From an uncultured Anaerolineales bacterium (lineage in GTDB: Bacteria > Chloroflexota > Anaerolineae > B4-G1), in assembly GCA_964575455.1 (NCBI GenBank), contig CAZNRX010000016.1, forward strand, positions 445-64,444: DNA of 64,000 bases, given 5' to 3'. The notes under the pieces are model-generated. The model saw nothing but the letters and a program-made list of their open reading frames with translations, was not told the DNA's origin and ran no database searches. Below, in pieces: positions 59,888 to 64,000 of the stretch. A program made the translations under genes and the position numbers. Position 1 is the stretch's first letter. Every line of letters starts with the position of its first letter.

Positions 59888-61369
59888 TTAGATGTGGCGA
59901 CGTTCTATGTACCATCGGTCGGCCTGCACGTCGCGAAAGATGACCTTCATCCGCCCAGGTGACTGCGTCGACGGGCGGGATCCCCGCCACGCCTCAATTT
60001 CCAGCCGGAAGTAGTCGCGTTCGATGGGGCGGGGTCCCCACCAGCGCCGCCGTTCACGCCAGTGTTCGTAGATGGACTGCACCTCCCAGATGCGCTCGCG
60101 CCACAGGATGCCTCTGGGCAGGCCCTCGTGGTCAGTCGTGACTTGTGTGGGGGATGGTGAGGGGGCGACGACTAGGGAGGCGACGAGAATCACAAGCTCT
60201 CCAAAGCGGTCCCGCAAGCGCCGCAGCGTCTCGCGCAGCTTGTGACCAACACGAAGAGCACCACGAAAGGTGGCGGGGGAGGCAAGGGGTGAGGCCGCCG
60301 CCGCTGGGTCGGCGGAGCCAAAGAAGGCAAGTTGGGTGGCGCCTCGGTGGAAGGGCCGCAGGGGGAAGAGGGTCAAGGTGAGTCCGGTCACTGGCCCGCC
60401 GATGGTCAAACCACCGAGCATGCGAGCCCCCAGGCGAGAGATTTGGTCGGCGCTGGAGGAGGGGGGCTTGACCGGCTTACCGGCTGTGTGCTTGTCACTA
60501 TGTAGATCCTCGATCTCCAACAGCAGACCTTCAGCCTGATAGCCACGACGGTCGATTTCCTTGGCCAACTCGTCCGCCATGTGTTCCATATGGGCCAGCA
60601 GGGGCCATCGATCGCTCACCGGGTCGAGGAAGGTATGCGACTGTGTGAGCCGGAGGGGAGGGGCGTCGGCATGCACAGGTCGAGCGTCCATTCCACAGGC
60701 CAGATCATAGGCGGTGCCGGCGGAGCTGCCGAACTGGCGGAGCACGGCCGGGCGGGGCAGCTTGGCAAGGGCGCCTAGGGTGCGCACCCCCAACAGGCGC
60801 AGACGGCATTCCATCTCCGGATCAAGGGGGAGGACTGAGATATCCAATGGCGAGAGAAAGGCCCGTTCCTCACCGGATGACACGACGCTCATCTCCCCGG
60901 GCCTGGCAGCTCGCGCGGCTTGCCGGGCCACGAACTTGCCGCTGGCCGCGCCGATCTGAACGTCCAATGCCGCAGTGTTGAAGGTCTCTTTGATGAGTCG
61001 CCGCGTCGCCTCACTGGCGTCGTCGAACCGTCGCTTGAGGCCCGAGATGTCGGCGTACACGAGCCCGAGCTCGGCGGCCTCCACGGTCGGGGTGAAGCGC
61101 CTGGCACTGTCGATCAGGGCGTGGTGAACGGCGCTATACGCCTCCTCATCAGCGGGCAGGAAGCGGGCCTCGGGACACAGCGTCTCCGCCTGGGTAAGGC
61201 GCATGCCCGGCTCCACCCCGGCGCTCGTGGCCTGGGGACAGCAGTCGAGCACCGCCCCCTCATCCCAGCGCCGCCCGCCGACGATCAAAGGCGCATTGGC
61301 CAGGGTCGGGTCACGTCGCCACTCCACGCGCACCGGAAGTTGCGGGATCAATAGACAAGCTACCCACAT
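59888..61369 (-). CDS. imuB: ImuB-like Y-family polymerase homolog of the mutagenesis cassette
   Basis: N-terminus MWVACLLIPQLPV.. typical of ImuB. About 490 aa. Sits immediately upstream of dnaE2 on the same strand, behind an SOS box. Confidence 0.65.
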   Translation of the reverse strand: MWVACLLIPQLPVRVEWRRDPTLANAPLIVGGRRWDEGAVLDCCPQATSAGVEPGMRLTQAETLCPEARFLPADEEAYSAVHHALIDSARRFTPTVEAAELGLVYADISGLKRRFDDASEATRRLIKETFNTAALDVQIGAASGKFVARQAARAARPGEMSVVSSGEERAFLSPLDISVLPLDPEMECRLRLLGVRTLGALAKLPRPAVLRQFGSSAGTAYDLACGMDARPVHADAPPLRLTQSHTFLDPVSDRWPLLAHMEHMADELAKEIDRRGYQAEGLLLEIEDLHSDKHTAGKPVKPPSSSADQISRLGARMLGGLTIGGPVTGLTLTLFPLRPFHRGATQLAFFGSADPAAAASPLASPATFRGALRVGHKLRETLRRLRDRFGELVILVASLVVAPSPSPTQVTTDHEGLPRGILWRERIWEVQSIYEHWRERRRWWGPRPIERDYFRLEIEAWRGSRPSTQSPGRMKVIFRDVQADRWYIERRHI

Positions 61370-61390
61370 CGTGCCCCCTTGCCGTCTTGT

Positions 61391-61406
61391 TAGAACATAT
61401 GTTCTA
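61391..61406. promoter_or_regulatory. LexA (SOS) box of Cheo type
   Basis: TAGAACATATGTTCTA is a perfect GAAC-N4-GTTC palindrome, 22 bp upstream of the imuB start. Confidence 0.6.
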
Positions 61407-61645
61407 TTTTAGGGGCAAACGACGCGATTGTCAATCGGAGAGCGTGATGTGAATTGGGAGTATGGGGGCATGAGACCGGCAGATGGATCGTATCAGGTCC
61501 TTATGCCTGTCTTGCGTTGAATTCCTGGGAGGTTATGGTAAAGTAGGGGGCGTGGGACTGTCTTTCCGTCGTGATGAACCTATCGCTCTCCTTCCAACCA
61601 GGGTGGGGACGCCATCCAGATCGACTACCGGGCCAGGAGGCACCT

Positions 61646-62137
61646 ATGAGCGTTCGAAGCATCAGCCGCTGGGCAGCCTTGTTTCTACTACTCGTCGCCG
61701 TGGGATGCTCCCCTCCAGCCGGGGAAGGACCAGAGGCCGACTCCGGGCTGGAGCCCCTGACGTTCTTCAGCCCGATTGCGCACGCCGTGGCCAAGGGCAT
61801 CGAGATCGTAGGGATCTGCATCATCGTGGTGGGGGCCGCCCTGGCGAGCGCTGCCTTCCTCTGGGAGTGGAGCCGGGGGCAAGCTTTCCCCGAGGCGTAC
61901 CGACGCTACCGCGAGCGGTTGGGACAGGCGATCCTTCTGGGCCTGGAGTTTCTAGTGGCCGCCGATATCATCGGCACCGTGGCGGTCGACCCAACGTTTC
62001 GCAACGTTAGCATTCTAGGTGCCATCGTGGCCATACGGACGTTCCTGAGCTTTGCGCTGGAGGTCGAGATTCAGGGCCGCTGGCCCTGGCAGTCCGACGG
62101 CAAAGCCGCACTTGATCGTGAGAGGCGCGCAGCTTGA
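61646..62137 (+). CDS. DUF1622 family membrane protein
   Basis: Internal ATG preceded by a CCAGGAGG RBS. Two to three TM helices. Confidence 0.6.
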   Translation: MSVRSISRWAALFLLLVAVGCSPPAGEGPEADSGLEPLTFFSPIAHAVAKGIEIVGICIIVVGAALASAAFLWEWSRGQAFPEAYRRYRERLGQAILLGLEFLVAADIIGTVAVDPTFRNVSILGAIVAIRTFLSFALEVEIQGRWPWQSDGKAALDRERRAA

Positions 62138-62209
62138 CAGGAATGGGGAATTGGCCCAAGCGGGTCGTGGCTCTGCTCAGGTCCCCCAGCCTGTCTCTGT
62201 CGGAGCTGC

Positions 62210-63022
62210 CTATTCGCGTCTATCGGCCCGCGGAGCGCGCCGCTGCCAGAGCCCGACGCCCCAGCGCACGATGGCCAGCTGGGAGAGGCCGATCCAGATC
62301 AGGAGCAGGGTAGCTCCCCAGGCGACTGTCTGAATCGGGCGGCCCACGTTTTGGCGGGCGGTTCCCACGCGCGTCTGGAGCTGCTCCAGATTGCTGCGGT
62401 GACTGCTGAGCGCCGCGTCGGCGTCGACCACGTTCTGGCGGATGCCCAACATATGGTCTCCCATGAGCGCGATGCCGCTTTGGACGTCGTCGAGGCTGGC
62501 GCTGGTCTCAAGCAGTCCGGCTCCCATAGCGCGCAAGCTCTCGGGCACCGGCGCCAGGCCCGCCCCGGCCTCCGCCACGGCTTGATCGAGCGGGATATTC
62601 GGATCGTAGCCTCCAACGCCGAGCTGCTGAAGGCTGCGGAGCAGCTGATCGATCACCGCAGCTGTCTCCTCCAGCGCATCCAGGGCCAGCAGCGAGGCCT
62701 CAATGCTCTGTGGCAGATCATCTTCGGCCAGTCCAGCTATCTCGTCGACCGTCACCCGGGTGCTGCTCAACGTTTGACTCACGTCGAGCGTTGTGGTGTA
62801 GAGGCCATTGATGGCGATGGCGGCGCCGTCCAGCGTGGTAGACGCTACGTCCAGCGAGCGGTCGACATCCTTCAGTGTGTCTGAGAGCAGGAGCAGGCTA
62901 TCGTCGGCCGCGACTGCGACATCCTCGGCCGCGCGCCAGACGTAGATCACGCCCAGGGCGCTGAGCGCGATCCCCAGGGCGCCAAGTAGGATGAGCAACG
63001 TGCCTAGGATACGTCGAGTCAT
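62210..63022 (-). CDS. membrane-anchored hypothetical protein (N- and C-terminal TM helices, coiled-coil ectodomain)
   Basis: 270 aa with TM segments at both ends and a central Ala/Leu-rich helical region. Confidence 0.55.
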   Translation of the reverse strand: MTRRILGTLLILLGALGIALSALGVIYVWRAAEDVAVAADDSLLLLSDTLKDVDRSLDVASTTLDGAAIAINGLYTTTLDVSQTLSSTRVTVDEIAGLAEDDLPQSIEASLLALDALEETAAVIDQLLRSLQQLGVGGYDPNIPLDQAVAEAGAGLAPVPESLRAMGAGLLETSASLDDVQSGIALMGDHMLGIRQNVVDADAALSSHRSNLEQLQTRVGTARQNVGRPIQTVAWGATLLLIWIGLSQLAIVRWGVGLWQRRAPRADRRE

Positions 63023-63990
63023 GAGGGCACCTCCTCTTGTTCGGTCACGCGCTTGCGTGCTTCCTGGTAGAGCGCGGTCAGGTCGTTCTGGACCCGCTGC
63101 ACGGTCATAGCTCGACGGGCGTCGCCGTCGAACGAGATCTTCCCCGACATGGCCGCCCGAGCGGGGTTGATTCGGCCGGTGAACATCGCATCCATCACAT
63201 CGGCGTCCATCTCCAGCCGGACCTCCGCCGGAGCTGGTGGCTGGCCCAGACCGCCAATGACCGTGCCGTCCTGGAAGCCCAGGTAGACCTCCAGGCTTGG
63301 ATCTTGCAGCACGTAGTGCGTGGTCAACTGGCGTCCCTTGGCAAACTCTTTTAAGGCCGGGTCGTCTGCGGCGAGCTCGACGAAGGCGTCTAAGACGCGC
63401 TTCATCTCTCCCTCGCTCAGTGGCTGGAGTGGGGTTGAGACGTCTTGTTGCCGCTCTTCACGCCCAGTCGAGCTGCGACCGCTTCCCAGACCACGCAGTG
63501 CGGCCAAGACCCGCCTGACAAGCCCCTGACGCGTCGCGTCCCCCGCTCTTGTCCCCACCGGGGTGGGGGAGGCCCCCCCTCTCGTCCCCCCCAGAGGGGG
63601 GGAGGCCCCCGCTCTTGTCCCCACCGGGGTGGGGGAGGCCCCCCCTCTCGTCCCCCCCAGAGGGGGGGAGGTTGGATGCGGTCCCCCGACATCGTGGAGG
63701 GCCTCACGAAGCTCCGTCTCCAACTCGTAGAGCGGAATGGAGCGAGCTGACTCCTTGAGCATCTCCAAGGTGGGGTACCCCTCCTCCTGCTCGGCCGTCC
63801 ACTCCTCTGCGAACTGTCCGCTCCGGATCTCATCCAGGCCATCCCGCATTCTATCGCGCAGTCCAGGGAGCTGGAAGCGCATGCCGCGCGACATGGAGCC
63901 ATACTGGCTGGTGCGGCTGTGAAGCTGGCTCTGTTCCACCATGCCCAACTCGGCAATCTTCCCCAGCGTGTAGGAAAACTCACCGGACAT
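63019..63990 (-). CDS. partial CDS (N-terminus beyond the window): ketol-acid reductoisomerase-like C-terminal domain fused through a Pro/Gly-rich repeat insertion to an SCP2 sterol-carrier domain
   Basis: ..YMSGEFSYTLGKIAELGMVEQSQLHSRTSQYGSMSRGMR..DEIRSGQFAEEW.. resembles the KARI C-terminal knotted domain. The C-terminal 110 aa (..MSGKISFDGDARRAM..) resembles SCP2. Confidence 0.55.
   Translation of the reverse strand: MSGEFSYTLGKIAELGMVEQSQLHSRTSQYGSMSRGMRFQLPGLRDRMRDGLDEIRSGQFAEEWTAEQEEGYPTLEMLKESARSIPLYELETELREALHDVGGPHPTSPPLGGTRGGASPTPVGTRAGASPPLGGTRGGASPTPVGTRAGDATRQGLVRRVLAALRGLGSGRSSTGREERQQDVSTPLQPLSEGEMKRVLDAFVELAADDPALKEFAKGRQLTTHYVLQDPSLEVYLGFQDGTVIGGLGQPPAPAEVRLEMDADVMDAMFTGRINPARAAMSGKISFDGDARRAMTVQRVQNDLTALYQEARKRVTEQEEVPS
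63540..63670. repeat. two tandem 67 bp GC-palindromic units (..CCCCACCGGGGTGGGGG..CCCCCCCAGAGGGGGGG..) in frame within the KARI-SCP2 gene
   Basis: Seen directly. Shares the C7-AGA-G7 core with the dnaE2 insertion. Encodes ..PPLGGTRGGASPTPVGTRAGASPPLGGTRGGASPTPVGTRAG... Confidence 0.85.
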
Positions 63991-64000
63991 GTACAGCTCC

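Overview
This is a 64 kb window of high-GC (about 65-68%) bacterial chromosome, densely coding on both strands, with no rRNA, tRNA, CRISPR array, integrase or transposase that I could see. The gene content (Cheo-type LexA box GAAC-N4-GTTC, imuB-dnaE2 cassette, glycine riboswitch, PRC-barrel proteins, giant cyclic beta-1,2-glucan synthase) fits a Chloroflexi/Thermomicrobia-like or other high-GC Gram-positive-type lineage. That taxonomic guess is inference.

Main blocks, left to right:
1. 1-5160: a minus-strand operon of AGXT-family aminotransferase, D-2-hydroxyacid dehydrogenase and a DUF1015 protein, preceded by a tandem-aptamer glycine riboswitch with promoter and attenuator terminator.
2. 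5.1-10.1 kb: two large secreted proteins, one a tandem alpha/beta-hydrolase-like protein and one a Cys-rich lipoprotein.
3. 10.1-13.1 kb: an orphan multi-PAS/GAF histidine kinase with a truncated TetR paralog fragment abutting its stop codon.
4. 14.8-25.7 kb: a nine-gene minus-strand envelope glycan or lipid cluster: SAM methyltransferase, Wzx-like flippase, GT-C/PMT-like glycosyltransferase, membrane protein, FG-GAP lipoprotein, Wzy_C/O-antigen-ligase-like protein, B12-binding radical SAM enzyme, nucleotidyltransferase-fold protein and UbiA prenyltransferase.
5. 25.9-30.6 kb: an OmpR-family response regulator, then a structured leader, an MgtC/DUF4010 protein, HtrA protease and a tandem universal stress protein.
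6. 30.6-39.5 kb: a cyclic beta-1,2-glucan synthase of about 2,980 aa that is split by a frameshift at a G7 homopolymer and carries an in-frame (QDLHM)n microsatellite.
7. 39.5-40.1 kb: PolX PHP-domain and rhomboid gene remnants immediately downstream of the glucan synthase stop.
8. 40.1-51.4 kb: ligA, PRC-barrel proteins, DUF72, an HPF-like protein, a tandemly duplicated 159 bp structured intergenic element, a P-type ATPase, and diacylglycerol-kinase-like and YjbQ genes.
9. 51.4-56.3 kb: a GT2 glycosyltransferase, a PPC-domain protein, two ABC-2 permeases and a TetR regulator, with repeated palindromic operator-like sites.
10. 56.3-61.4 kb: a LexA-box-controlled imuB-dnaE2 mutagenesis cassette.
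11. 61.6-64.0 kb: a DUF1622 protein, a membrane protein and a partial KARI-like/SCP2 fusion.

The most unusual signals are: (a) a GC-rich palindromic repeat family (C7-AGA-G7 core) inserted in frame into dnaE2 and the KARI-SCP2 gene, where it encodes Pro/Gly-rich peptides; (b) the glycine-riboswitch-controlled DUF1015 operon; (c) the tandem 159 bp structured element; (d) the UbiA/B12-radical-SAM/GT-C envelope cluster; and (e) the frameshifted glucan synthase flanked by gene remnants.
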